Assembly (NCBI GenBank): GCA_047495785.1
Contig: JBLDXI010000017.1
Coordinates: 434,001-498,000, forward strand
DNA: 64,000 nucleotides
Reading direction: 5' to 3'
Source of the DNA: Lepidodermella squamata
Lineage: Eukaryota; Animalia; Gastrotricha
Shown: piece after piece, positions 1 to 13,900 of the stretch
Position numbering within the stretch: the first letter of the stretch is position 1
Layout: each line of letters begins with the position of its first letter
Position numbers and translations under genes: made by a program
Notes under the pieces: model-generated
The model's database searches: none
The model's input: only the letters and a program-made list of their open reading frames with translations
Told to the model about the DNA's origin: nothing

Positions 1-3000
1 TACCGCTTCGTGCATGAGCCGCTCGTGGACCTTTTCACGCTTGATAATCGCGCCCGAACCAACCATGCGGCGCGTGGCCTGCATGCGGTAGAAGCCGCGG
101 CTTTTCGGCAGCCGCTTCACGAGTTCAACTTCGGCCATTTCTTGCAACTCGAGGGCCGATTTGTCCGGGTAACGTGTTCGAAGCTCTCGCAAAATGCGAA
201 TAAGCTCCTGTTGTTGCTGATCCAAATTCTGATAAAAAATAAGAACACGAATTAAAATCGAAAAATTAATCGAAAAATCGCTAAAAAAGAATAATAAATT
301 TTAAACATAAAAATGCAAGCGAGGAAGCTGTTAATCAGGATTAAGGTGGGGTAGTCATTAGTTGTTTTTACCTTCGTCCAGATTGGGTGAATAAAAAATT
401 AACCGAAACCAGTTTTAAAGGTGGCCCAACTATGACCCTTATCCGCTATTTTTTTATTCGTTAGTGGATTTTATATACTATTTTTTTTCAGACCTCGGCC
501 GATTGCGGATTGAAAAGTTGATAGAAAGTTCGAGCATTCATTCGAGACTTCATAAATATAGCAAGAAAATATTCTCAACAACTTGCGAGTGTGAGTATCA
601 AATAAAAAAAAATGTGCTTCAAAAAATCAACGAGTGCAAGGTGTTTCAAATAAAACCCGTGAAAAATGGTTTTACTCCACTCCTGAATATTTTTTTTCCC
701 AACTTCTTCGCCTTCCTGGTTCGTAAAATCGTTCCAGCGTTCGAAAATGTCGGCAATTCTACTGCCGCGTCTTGTAGAATGCTGCAGCAACGTCACAATA
801 AGCGAGCTACCTTGCAGGTGCGGATGTCTTTTCACATGCTTGAAAAAATCAAATCAACGGACAAGAACACAAAAATAATCAAACAAAATATAAGCGTGGC
901 GGGATGATATTTCAAAATAATAGCAAAATTAAACGCTCTAAAAACGATCTAGAAAATGATTTTTTTTCGTTTGAGATTACTCTTATAACTTCTTCGATTT
1001 CAGGCGAGTCGATGTGTCTAATATCTTCGAGATCATGAGGATGCTTCGCCTTTTTGCAAGGTTAATGACAATTGGTTAAAGAAATCACGGCAAAACGCAA
1101 ACAGGGGTCACTCTAAAATCGTCCGATGATTCATCAATAAATTCCCCCTCCCAATAAATTTAGCGCAAGCGATGAGAGCGAGCTGAAAAAAATCACCCCA
1201 TCACAGGAAAAATGGAATAAATGGCGCTAGAAAATTCGGAAAACAATGAATCATCAGGCGATTTTTCTGCATTTTGAGGCGGATTTTTTCTCTGAAAACT
1301 TACGGCTAAATCTTCATCAGTCATACGAGCCAGCATGCTTTGATCAGCAGCCGTGGCGCCACTTTGAGCGGTTAGCTCCGTTCCAGCGGCCTCGCCACCC
1401 TCCAACATGTGCATCTCAGCCCCGTCGGATTTCGACGGGCCGCCCTCCGCGTCGACGTACGTCAGCTGTTTACCACCCGGGCCTCGCACCTTTTTGCGGA
1501 AAAATCGACCGAAAAGCAGTTTCCGGTCGACAATCCACGACGAAAGAACGGTGAGTGGGAAAAACATGAAGGTTAAAACGCCCTCCCACACTTCAACCTC
1601 GCCCGGTGATGTGACTGAGATAATGCAGTACAGCCATAGGTAGGCGAAAACGGACCACGAGGCTGTTACGAAGAAAACGCGCAAAAATTTAATGCGCTTC
1701 ACCTCCCCGCCGCTGACCACCAGAATGCACAGGCCGGTGATGACGAAGAGGTTGTAAGCCGCTGAGCCGACAATGGTGCCCGGGCCAAGGTCGCCGGCGT
1801 CAAACCGGTTGCCGCAGATTTCGATAACTGAGAGAAGAATTTCTGGGGCGGATGAGCCGAGCGCCATCAGGGTCAAATTTGATACGGTTTCGTTCCAAAT
1901 TTTGACGCTGATTATTTGAACTTCGCCATTTTTCCGCTTCACCTGTAGAATCAAATAAAAAAATTAACATAAAGAGAAAGCAAAATGGAGTATTTTTTAA
2001 ATAATCCCACTTTCCGAAATATTCTCCGGATCTCGACGTAAAATAAATTTATTCTACAATTTTTGAAAAAATCCTGAATAATCATAAAAGGCCTCGGTAT
2101 TGATTGATCTTACAAACCTATAAAGAAATATTTTTTTCCACTAAAAATTAGAATCTCTCGTAAACTTTATCGAAAATCGAAATTTTAGCATATTATAATT
2201 AGGATTCAATAAGAATTTTCCGTAATTAAGGACGAATGGAATATTCTCGCATCACTGGTTATTTCAATATTCTATCCAAAAATTACAGCAATTTCCAATG
2301 ATGTCCCATTATTTGTCTAATAAAGTCACTTTATTTTTCTAATATGTCCCACTTTTTTAAAATTGCTTTCATGTACAATTTTAATGAAAGGACGCGAAAT
2401 TTAAGCAACTATGAGGTCACTGGGCATGTTTTTAGTTGGTTTTTTTTAGGTTAGGAAATTCAACATATCTATCGAGAAATTCAAAAATTGGCGATAAATT
2501 ATATAGCCGTGTAATTTCAAGAAAATTTCCCATTTTTTACTGGAATTTCGGCATTCTCAGTAAAACATCATCTTTCATCTTTCATCTGAAAGATTTTATC
2601 AAATTTTTGCGATTTTTCTTACAATTTTGTGAATAACATTTGTCGAATACATTTTTTTCCGGCTAAATTCGAAAATTTACCTTGACAGTTCTAGTTTGCG
2701 AGACGATAACTTCAATGGCGGCCATAAATCTGTCGGAAATGATCGAAACACCGACAAACATGTAACAGAGCGCGAAAAAGTAGACGAGCGCCCGTGCCGT
2801 TTTGTCCATCGTACTAATCTGGCCGTCGGGCCGCCATTTCGGCAACAACAGGCCGTCTTTACACGGCTTGGCACCGGCGCATTGGCCTTCTGCCAGCGCC
2901 GAAACAGAAAAATTGCCAGAATAACGAGTCGCATTAGCGTCCAACGGCTCTAAATCGTCACTCAGCGTAGCGCCTTCGTCCTTTTGCTGCTGGCCCGAGT

Positions 3001-3052
3001 TTTTAACGGCAAGGGCCAAAATGACGCCGAGTAGAACCCAGAATGCCTTCAT
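1..3052 (-). CDS. NCX: Canonical Na+/Ca2+ exchanger (SLC8/NCX family), 5' part; gene runs off the left edge. Exons 3052-2681, 1942-1304, 228-~4
   Basis: Signal peptide [16 protein letters not shown]; [10 protein letters not shown]; TM1 ending [10 protein letters not shown]; intact alpha-1 repeat [19 protein letters not shown] and [14 protein letters not shown]; XIP-like [12 protein letters not shown]; exon 3 [26 protein letters not shown] introns join in phase. Confidence 0.95.
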
Positions 3053-4444
3053 TTGAAATCGCAAATTTTCAAAATAGAATTATCAGTTTAACACAGGTGC
3101 GCTTCGATTTGTTTCCCGGACAGCGAAAAAATGGAGACACGCGACAAGTCAACTGATGCGATGAGGCGAAAAGTTCATTTGAAGTTGCCTAGCCGGATAT
3201 TTATTATTAAATTTGTAAAACAAAAAAATAATAAATTAAAACCCTGAAAATAAAATATAGAATTTGTACTATTTTTCCTCACCGCAAAAACAAGATCTGC
3301 AATCTGTGTACTCGCCCTTATCGATTCGAACAACAAAAGCGAGGGGCCAGGTATTACCAGAGAAAGTTGCGCTTTACAGATATATAGTTTTGGCGCTATG
3401 CTGTTATTATTAATAAATTTATTATATTATCTCAGTTCAGTAGCCCGCTGCGAATGCGCGCGGTCATTTTTTTCGTGAGTGTTTGTGTGTGGATCTTCGC
3501 TGCCTATAAAAATGATTACTATTATAACATTTGACTCGATGATCGCTATGAATATACTTTATTATTAATATTACATGCAACACGCCCCGATTTCTAAAAG
3601 CGATTACGAGCCCAGGCATAGGTGTATAGCCTGTCTAAACAACGCCCGGTATATAGTTCCGAAAAAGCTTTCCCGATCGAGAATCATGAAGAGCCTAGTT
3701 GGCGCGTAAAAGCGTAATATATCACGTTTATTTCGATCATTAGCAGTGAAATAAAAATTTTCCTAAAAAAAACTATATACGCCAAGGTATCGCTACTATG
3801 ATAAAAAGCTGATGCTCATTATAATGAGCCGTTCTAGCCCAAGGCGAAATCATGTCGGAAAAATATAACAAGTAAATATTTAACGTAAAATAAGACAATG
3901 TCTGAATCGATTCGCAGCCGCTAAATACAGGTGAGTTATACCTGTGTGTGATTGCGAAAAAAAATTGTAAGAAATCGATCGACGTTTTTCACGATTTTTC
4001 GTGCCGTCTATAATATTATGATGTTGAAATTCCAGGGTCGCAGTTTTCTACGGCTAATATATTCTCAAGAAATTTACAAAACGGCTTAATTATGACGACA
4101 AGTTTTCCGCGACTAGGCGCATAAATTTTCTCATACGGCTTTATGCGTGAATAGAATAGCTAATAAAAACTAAAAAATAATATTATTATATATATAGAAA
4201 AAAGTAGAGCGAAAATCACACGAGCGATAATCACATCGCATTCGACATGTATATTACAAGCGCCATTGATTTCTACATTATACTATGGGGGTGCAACATT
4301 TGCCGCGACGGGGGACTGTGGTTTTTTCTCGCTTGCCAAAGTGTTGGAGGACCGGATCATTATTAGTATCGCGGGCCAGCTAAGTGTAATAATACGATTT
4401 TCGCCACGCAGGCATGTCAACCGCACATTGGAATTCGCAATCCT

Positions 4445-4466
4445 ATATATATATATATATATATAT
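4445..4466. repeat. (TA)n microsatellite
   Basis: Run of tatatata... visible directly. Confidence 0.85.
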
Positions 4467-7400
4467 ACAACATAAACATTGTTAATAATATTGCAAAAAT
4501 TTGGAGAATGAAAAGTAAAGTTTCACCCCCTGAGCTCATTTCCTTACGCAAATTGAAATAATAGAAATGTTATTTTTTGTCTCTAACGCGCATGAATAAA
4601 AATCAGCAGGTCCCACAGGGTGCGAAAAATTCTTCCTAAATACAAAATTTTCAGTACGCAAATAATTTTTTTTATCGTGTAATAGTCGATAGTAAAGTTG
4701 TTACACACATATAGCTACAGAGTGTGATAAAAATCTTAAAGAGCGGAGTGCATTTAATGGTGTATAATTATACTAGGCTTTTAGCTAGTGCCAAATAATG
4801 GGCGTGACACGTTGGCAGCCATATAAGTAATACAATGTATATATTTATCAAAAAATAATCATCTGAATACCTCCTCATTCACTAGAGAATGAAAAAAAAC
4901 AAGCGCAGGAGGTGTGAAATTTTTTTTCATAAGGCGTTTTGAGACGTGAATAGATATCTTATAGAGTGACAACCTATACACCGGCTCATTGATTTATTGA
5001 TTGAAATAGCGTGAGGGGGCATTTAATTAGCTAAAATTTGACCCCTCCCTCAATTTATATAATTAAAATAGGAAAACAATATTAATCCACTGTCAACAAA
5101 ATAAATATATATGAAATCGAACGATGATGATGGGACGAGTGTAAAAGACTCGCAAAAAACGAGCTATATAGCCGATAATGTGCGCACATATCAAGTCTCA
5201 CTCACTCTCTGGCGCTCTTGTTAATATCGCTAGGGTGTATAATAAAAAAAACCGCGCGCTACCGGCGCACAGGTAACAACAAAAAATGCGGGCGCGCGCT
5301 ATAATTTTTGGTGCGCATCATCGCGCGGCGGGTGAAAAATCGCAGAAATATGCGATACCTCCGTTCCGCATAAAAATCGGCGCGTGTAATAATGGCTCTC
5401 GCGATGTGATTTTCTGACGTAGCGCAACAAAACACTGGCAGCGATGGATGGGTTGATATAATATTAAGGTGGATCGGCTGTTCGGGTGAAAGCAGCAACA
5501 AGTTTTATTACGGTCAACGATAGGTATAGCGGCGCGGTGAGCAAAGTGAAAAATCGGCCGCGATATTATACCTCGGCACATACTATCATCCGGGCACAAG
5601 CGCAAGTCAGATTTTACCTATGATAATAATAATAATAATAATAATAGCAGGGAAGCGGAAAAAGGCACTCCAAAACGCTGCCATAATGTATATACATAGC
5701 GAAAGCATGTTATTAGGCTGCTTTGCTTTTGCTTTTTTTGCTTGGTATATAGGCCAACAGCCGAAAAAATAATAAGAAAGGAAAGGTAAACTATACAGGG
5801 CTTGAACACAATATACCGGCCTCTAATAGCAATCTAGCGCATGTTGTAAGGTCCTTTTTGCTGCTGCCGTTGCTTCTGCTGCTGCTAAGATAAAACGTGG
5901 GGGAGGCGGCCGATGATATGTATACGGGAGGAGGCGAGCGAATGCACGCAGAAATCATCATCATCATCGTCGTCATCATCGCTTGTTTTAAATTACAATG
6001 TGTGTCTATTGTTTTTTGCGTATTTTCCTTTTTACATATATATATAATTTTACCGTCCCAGCGCGGCCTTTGTGTCCGTGAAACAGGATACGCATGACGC
6101 GGAAGTTAAACTTATACCAGACATATAACGCCACGTCATCGTAACTGGGTCTTCTCGGCGGACAATTGATAATGGCCGTGATTTTTTTTCATCAGGACTA
6201 ATATAATATGCACCCCGCGGCGAAAGGTAGTTGAAGAGTCGAAGCGTGTCATTGACATGCTCAAGATATTTATTACAGTTTTTAAGGCGGCTGTGGGGGT
6301 AGTTGGAACATGTGCTGAGTGAAAACGCGCCGAAATATGAGATGATACTTGAAATCCAGAGGAGGAGCAGTCGCGCATGGTAATTAACAGGGGGAGCGGC
6401 GAAAACCAAACCGAGAAAGACAGGAATAAATAATACATATATATACACGCACGAGGCCGCGATATAAATTATTACCATTTAGCAATATTTTGCGTGACGT
6501 GGCGGAAAAATTATAGCCACAGCAAAGGCTAACGCAAACAGCTGATTTAACACGGTGGTGTAGAAAATGTAGACTTGGTATGCTCCAGCTAACAGCGCAC
6601 TCGAGTGTGTGATGGAAGTAGAGAATATAGCGGCTAATTAACTTGTGGGTTTCAAAGAATGAAGGAGAAATTTGGCGGAGTAAAAACCAGAGCTTACTAT
6701 GGACCTCGTTAGCAACAGAAATCAGCCATAACTAACGAGATATTCTACAAAAATGTCAGCAAATCTTGAATTTTGGCACGGAATCTGATAAATTTTTTAA
6801 GCCAATAATTTTCTACAGATTCATATTTAATGCGACGGGGGTCTCAAAGGGATTTCTTAAGAAAATCACCAGGAATTTTATTAGTATGATTTGGAACCCA
6901 TAGGAAATGCCATTAGCTCCATTCTAAATTCCATTCCTTTGCCAATAAATTCGGAAATTGAAAGCACCAAAGGAAATTCCGGCTCAAGCTAAGGTAACTG
7001 AAATATGCAAATGATTTTTTCCCTGTAACGCCCGGAATAAAAATAAACTCAAGATAAAGATTCGAAATTTGGTTCCATTGAAAAGATACTCTGATATTGA
7101 ATACCACCTTAATACTAAAAAATTCACGTCTTATCAATCAAGCCCGGCTTCAATAGCCGAAAAATCCTCAGGGATTGCAGATTCTCAGCGGCAAAAAAAT
7201 ATCCGAAGCGCTTGTGTCTTTCATATATTCGTTAATCGAGGAAACACTACAGCAATGAGAAATGAGAACAATAGAACAATGACATTTCTACAGATTTTCG
7301 TGGGTATCGTGGGATTTTGTCAAAATAGAATCCGCAGGAAAACTAGAGCATGCGCAGCATATTTTTTCATGAATAAAACAAGATCAGCTTCTCGCCGCGA

Positions 7401-7906
7401 TGATGAATGATTGATGACAATAAATTCACCTAGATTTACGATGAGTTACCAAAAGGATTTAAATATTGTTTATTAAAACAACAACAAAAAACAGCGGTAA
7501 AACCTCGCCCGAAAACGTGTGTCAGCTGAAGCATGAAGTCCGGTGCACGAGTGCTTATATACCCACACAAATTACATCAGTAGCCGAGATCAGTAGCTCG
7601 TCGCCGGACCCCCACTTGATTCCGAGGTCGGGCGGATGGATACCGGCTGCTCATCGAGTAAAATAATACAATCACTGAATAAACAGCAGCGCGGCCGAAA
7701 AATTGCGACGCGCACTCATCGAGTGAAAAAATCGTAATATTTAACGTGGTATTTACTCAGCATTATACTTGTCTAGTGGCACTTGAGTAACTCGTGCTAC
7801 CAGATTGCGCTCAACAAACACTAGACTCGAGCGTTTTTTGTGTTCATCAAAAGTGATATTATTGTGGCTTTTATTGCTATTTAAAAAAACATTGAGAATT
7901 TTCTAG

Positions 7907-10900
7907 CTAATTGCCGCGCTGTGGCGAAGGCAGAACAAAGCCGCACTCTGAGCGAATTGCGTCAATGTCGCGCTGATTCACGACCGGCTCGTACGTCGCC
8001 AGTTCCATGGCCAGGCTGATGCGCCCTGATGCCAAAACGCGAGCCGCCGTCGAGTAGCCCCGCAGCAGGCGTAGAGGAGCCGTACACCGCACGAAAACGC
8101 GACTGTCTTCATCTGTCGGGTGAACTATAGATTCAATAACCGCTTGGCGGCCGGACAAATCGGACAGGATTGCGGAGAGAAAAGGCTTCTCCACTTGGAC
8201 CTGAAATGAGGAAACAAAAGAGGGGCATTATGGATCTTTACAGAGCAATTAACAATACGAGAAATGCTGGTATCACATTAGTAACGGTGATAAAACGATT
8301 TGAGACGAAATTTACCAAATTCCTAGCTTCATTAGACATTAAATCGTCTCGAAATTTTGCGAATAATCGCTACACTTGAATTCCCGGGCATAGTATTGTG
8401 CCCCAGCGATATTCTTCGGAAATGTTTCATTCAGAAATTTCCGTCCCGAGTCGAACTAAAGGACCCCGCGGATACGAAGCCCTCGAAAGTCCCGCACTGT
8501 TAATATCGTGGTTGTGAATAGGAATCTACGGTCAACACGATTCGTATAGTCATCAGGGTAATCGTTATAGTCATCAGTACACATCCAAAAGATAATGCAA
8601 ACCAACAAGTCCTACACCACTCCGATACATATCAATTACGTCCTAATATGAGGCACTACGGTGCTTATCACATCTAATTGAAAATAACTATTATATTAAA
8701 ATGAAAAATACCTCGAGTCTCATGTGAGGTTCCAGGAGTACGGGAGAGGCTTCGGCTAATAAACTGCGGACTGCTCTTGAGAAAGCCGATGTTACAATAG
8801 CCATGCTGGTGCCGGGTGAAACGGCGTAAGCGAATAGACGGCATTCGAAGGACGATTGCATTGGATATCGCATGATCGGACCTAATAAAAATAAAAAATA
8901 AGACGCTCAATTTAGCTCGATTTAAATTTAAATCAGAAAATTTCATTTGAAATTTAGGCATCGAGTCAAAAAATGTTGGACTGTGTTTAAATTGTTAGTC
9001 TATTCTTTGTTTACACCATGCGTCGTTTCTCTTGCCGGTACCTTTTTCCCCATTTCATTTAATTCCCAGCTCCCGATAGTGCGCCCGCGATCGATAAAAT
9101 CAAGGTGAAAACCCCAATCAACTCAATCATATTGTCCTCTAATTGCCCAAAGTTGGGTAAGCTGGCGCGTGTGTTTTGGAATGGATTTCGCCCTTTCCAG
9201 ATTGTGGGTTTCCAAGTTACATACTACTTTTACACGTCAGGGATGCATATCTACGTACTCTAACGTCATTTTATGTTGAAACGGATAAATGATTTTTCTC
9301 TAGTAAATGAATCCGCTGGCAGAACACTTGTTGTCGCTATATTCGAGTAATCGTAACTTGTGTTCTTCTTTTAACTTATCTATGTTGTAAGCTGATTTCA
9401 TACTTTTTGACAACTGCAACCGTTTAACCCAACCAATTCAGTGACATCACGCGACCGTCCAGAACCGTTAAGCTGAGTTGAGGCGCTTTTCGGTGATGAA
9501 GCAGTCAGCGAAGAGGGATGCTTGATACGTGGTCGTAGATTTGTTAAGGATGGCAAAGTTATCGCGTTTGAATATACCGTATTTCATCGATTAATAGCCT
9601 CCCTCGAATAAAAGCCCCCTCGAATAATAGCCCGATATTTTCTGCTGTTTTCAGCATTTAAAACTAAATAATAGCCCGCCTCGAATAATAGCCACGCCTT
9701 GCCTTGTCCGAAGCAGGTGGCGCGCTGGAGGAGGGACGAATATGTCCTAATTTCGTCGCCTACAACGGCTAAGCGGATTGGAGGTGGTGGACGTAAGCCG
9801 CTGTTTGCGGATGTCGAGGAGAGATTAGCAGCATGGGTCAGATAAGATAGAAGTCAACCGTGGAAATGACTTGCGGTGATGAAATTTGCCAATTGCCAAT
9901 AAATAATAGCCCCCCTCGTATAATAGCCCCCTCGAATAATTGCCTCTTTTTTGGACCATTTTCAGAGTTCCGAAAAAAATAGTAGCCATGGCTATTATTT
10001 GATGAAATACGGTACGCAGCAGCTCAAAGCGTTGTCAAATTTTCCGTCGATGACCTTCTCTTCAAATGTGCGGTTGGACAATTCAAATGTGCACACATGT
10101 CCAAAACCGACGTTGCTTTCAAGGGAAAGTTTTCTGCTCCCAACGTCCCCTCGAGCCCGCTGAGATTCATTTTAAGAAGGCGAAGGTTGAAGTCGTTTAC
10201 GATGCAGCCACTGCTCCTTGGTTGTCGAGCTTTGGCCGATGCATGTCAAGGTCGCAATCAACCAAGTGACGCATAGTGACGATAAAATCTTAGTCATTTC
10301 CATGTTCTCAAAAACTCTTCACATTTTTCACTTTATTGGGGGAAATACCTTTCGATTGTCCTCTGATCGCGGTCTCACTTTCCTTAATGCTAGTCGGCAA
10401 CAAGAAGCTCCGCAGTTGCCTCACGACCAGTTGACTGCTGAGCCGACGCTGGACGAGGTGGCAGCGCATATTTCGTCGAATGTTAAGTCATTTACTAACG
10501 TCTGCCTAAATCTCAGTGCAATCACGACGACCTCGATACCCAGGACGAATTTGACGCCACGTCAAAAATATGCCAAATTTACAAATCCTGGCAGAACTGG
10601 GATTTTGATAGAACAGGCCGACACCTCCATCTTCTATTGGATCATGACGATAACGAAGTTTTCGAAACTCGGCCAAGAACTGTCATGGGAATCGAAGAAG
10701 AGATTGAAGTAAAGCCCAGAAAGCGTGCTGACTTTGCACCAATCCCGCCGCCTAATAGTAGGGTCCCTGGAACTCGCCTCAACTGCCAAGCCCTCTGATT
10801 CCCTTAAAGAAATCGACGATGGAAAGTCCGCGAAGCTAGGGCGAAAGTCCAAACCAGCTTCAACTGCCATGCTCTCTGTCAAAGCTACCAAGTCAAAGGT

Positions 10901-13900
10901 AAATAACTCATCCTTTCCTAATGTTTAAAATCTCAATTTTTTCAATTACAGAAGAGCGAAGGAATCACTGAATGGCTGTGTTATCATTGTGGCATGGATA
11001 TAAACGACAAGCCGATTCGGCCCAGTGCGGAATGTTCGCACTGTATGGAATGGATCTGCACGAAACAAGGTTTTTTTGAAAACGATATGACTTGTTATGA
11101 CTTTCACCACCGCTATCGTCAAGTGGCGTGCAAAACCGCATGAGAAACTAAGTCCATTGCCTCAGAGTAGTTAATTTGATACTGCCTTAGTTTTCCAGTC
11201 GGTTTTGCTCGTCACTTGACGGTGTGTAAACGATGATTTCTTGAATTCTCATTATTTCAATATTCGGTGATTTTTTTCTTTCAATTCGATTTTCTCGATT
11301 TCATTTTTTTGTTATATTGTGATTTTACCCGACGTGCCAATCTAATCTCTATGATCTATGATAAAGGGACGAATGAATAAATGAATAAAGTGAAATTTGA
11401 AGTTATAGTTGTCTTTGTTCTCCTCCATTGCGTAGCAAAAAATGAGTACGCGGGAAGAACACGTACACGTTCCAAGTAAGGGACAATTATACGGTGACAA
11501 AGGGACATTTAGAAGTTTTTATCGCTGCTCGTCGATATTTTGTCCCTAATGATGCCTAATGATGATGCCAAGATTATGCAACGAAACGTTGCAACTGTCA
11601 ATAATAAAAAGAAACTAACAGAATTCTACGCGTTAATGTTCCTAATAAAAGCAAAAAGTTCGAGCAATTCGACTCACCAGCTCGACAAGCTGACTCCAAT
11701 CCCAAGTTGAGCGCCTTCAGTTCGATATGCTTGATAAATTCGATTTGAGAATCTTTCGTTGATTTGACAACTTCCACGTGTGGAAACGAAGTTTCGCCAG
11801 TCGATGAAATGTTACACGCCGTTTTCTTCGGTCGAATTTCCACGTCGAAAGCGACAGAGAAACTCTGGCCGCCAATTTGAATTTTATCCGAGATGAGATG
11901 CCGCGCTGATTGCGTTACAGCCTCAACATAGGCGATTTGTAACGGGCCGAAGACTGTTTTCAATTTCCATTCCTTCTCCAGACGATGTTTGATTATTTCG
12001 AGATGAAGTTCGCCCAAGCCCGATATCACCAGAGAGGAATTTCCACCTGGTGATGAATCATCTTCTGTTGAGTGTAGCAAGATACTAGGATCCTCTCGAG
12101 CAAGGATTTGAAGCGCAGATTCAAGCGCAGCTTGTTGAGACGAACTTTCAGCCTCTAAAATACAAAAACGCAGAGATAATATATAACTTAAGCGAATCCA
12201 TGTCTGAAAGCTTTGAAGGTGATGATATGATGGAGATTGGCAGCGAGGCGGGAGGATCGGACGCCAACACCGTTGAGGATGGCGGAAACAGTGAAAGGGC
12301 ATCATCTTCATCCAAACATGCCAAGGGCCCAGTTAACAGTAGCCTAATGCTAGCTGACAGACTGATTGGGAACAATTACCGAGATAGGGCCTACGGGACC
12401 TACTATATCCTCGTGGCCTCGGAAGCGACTGTGCTCAGGGTGCAAGAAATCAGGCTTAGTATAAATAAAGCGCAGGGCAAGAAAGTTGCCGTTTTGCTAT
12501 TCAGCACTCAAGTTACAAAGTCAGTAGACCCGTACACAATTCTTTTAAAAATCGACCACTATTTCTCCGCGAAATCGAGTCTCAAATAATGTAAAAACCA
12601 GTTGAGAGTGTAGTTGAGTCAATTGGCTCCATATTGCGCAGAAGCTTCATACAACCATAGAGAACGTAGTGATCACTTCGTTCTCTATGGGTTTAGTATA
12701 TCTGTTTTCAGGTGGATTCGTGTCGTGGTCAAGCCAATTCCAAACTAGTCGCCGATTCGCCTATGGAGGCTGAATATAGGCCCACGCTTGTGCTCAAGAA
12801 GGCATCTGGTTACTACGCGTCATCGTTAAATCAATGATCAAGTCGCGTGTGCCTGCCTTGCGCGCCGACATCCTCACTTATACCCTCCCAACCTTCGACC
12901 TCTCTAACCATAACTGATTATTCATCAACTGATACTCAAGGCAAGCAACGTAACTCAACAAATTCAATAAGTATTTCGAAGTTCGAAGTGAATTTTTTAG
13001 ATTAGTACAAGCATGAGAATTTTAAAATACACATTATTAATTAATATTTACCTATCGCGCAGGAAAAAACGGGAGGAGGAATGCGAAGACGACTGAGCGG
13101 TAAAACGTTTGACAGTAAATTCAGCTCTTTTTGCTCGAATTTCCGAGTTGACACCATCATACCAGTCGCAGCTTGTTTTAGGCCAGATATGGCTATTATT
13201 CCGCCCCAATCCGCTTCCTCGATTTCCTCCAATTGATCCGCCATAATTCTATAGACTTTGAGAACTTTCTCGGTCCGGGTTGAAGAATCATTTTGTGTCA
13301 AATGAAGCAAAGTACCGCGTTTCAACGACCCGGAATACAATCGGCAGTAAGCTAGCGGACCTTTCACTTTATCGTGGACCGTTTTAAAAATCAACCCACA
13401 GGTTAAATTCGGCTCATTCGGGAAAATCTTCGAAATTTCGGTCTTTTTCGCAACAGGACTTGGTAAATGACCAACAATTCCATCAAGCAGCGGTTGGACA
13501 CCGATATTTCTAAGACTAGAACCAACAAAAACAGGCATAGCCCGGCTTTTTAAGGAGACTGATATTACTGATTGTGCGAGATTTGAGTTCAGTTTTTCAC
13601 TCAATGGGTCTTCGATTGATAAAAATAATTCCGCGAAAGAGTCGTCCAGATTCGCAACAGTTTCGACCAAACCTCTCCGCCCTTCGTACGCAATTTTCGC
13701 TATTTTGTCACTTTCACTTATCGGAACTCTTGTAATAACAGATCCATTCGCGTCTTTCTGATAGTCGTATTTGATTACCTCCATTTTTATTAGGTCGATG
13801 ATTCCAGTCATTTTGGACCGGTCTTTTTCGTCGAAAATCGGCATTTGAAGTAGCAACGGTGTTGCGCCGAGTTGTTGCTGAATCGAATTGATACAAAGAG

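Noticed and set aside
3250-7400. Many short ORFs upstream of the canonical NCX
   Set aside because: Low-complexity translations with no recognisable motifs; consistent with non-coding regulatory or 5' intron sequence.
7544-7800. tRNA-iMet-like GAGGTCGGGCGGATGGATACC segment and weak inverted ends (GCACGAGT/ACTCGTGC)
   Set aside because: No cloverleaf or proper B-box could be built and no TSD was found; at most a decayed repeat.
12200-12589. 129-aa plus-strand ORF antisense in GFM2 intron 3
   Set aside because: No recognisable domain or supporting exon structure.
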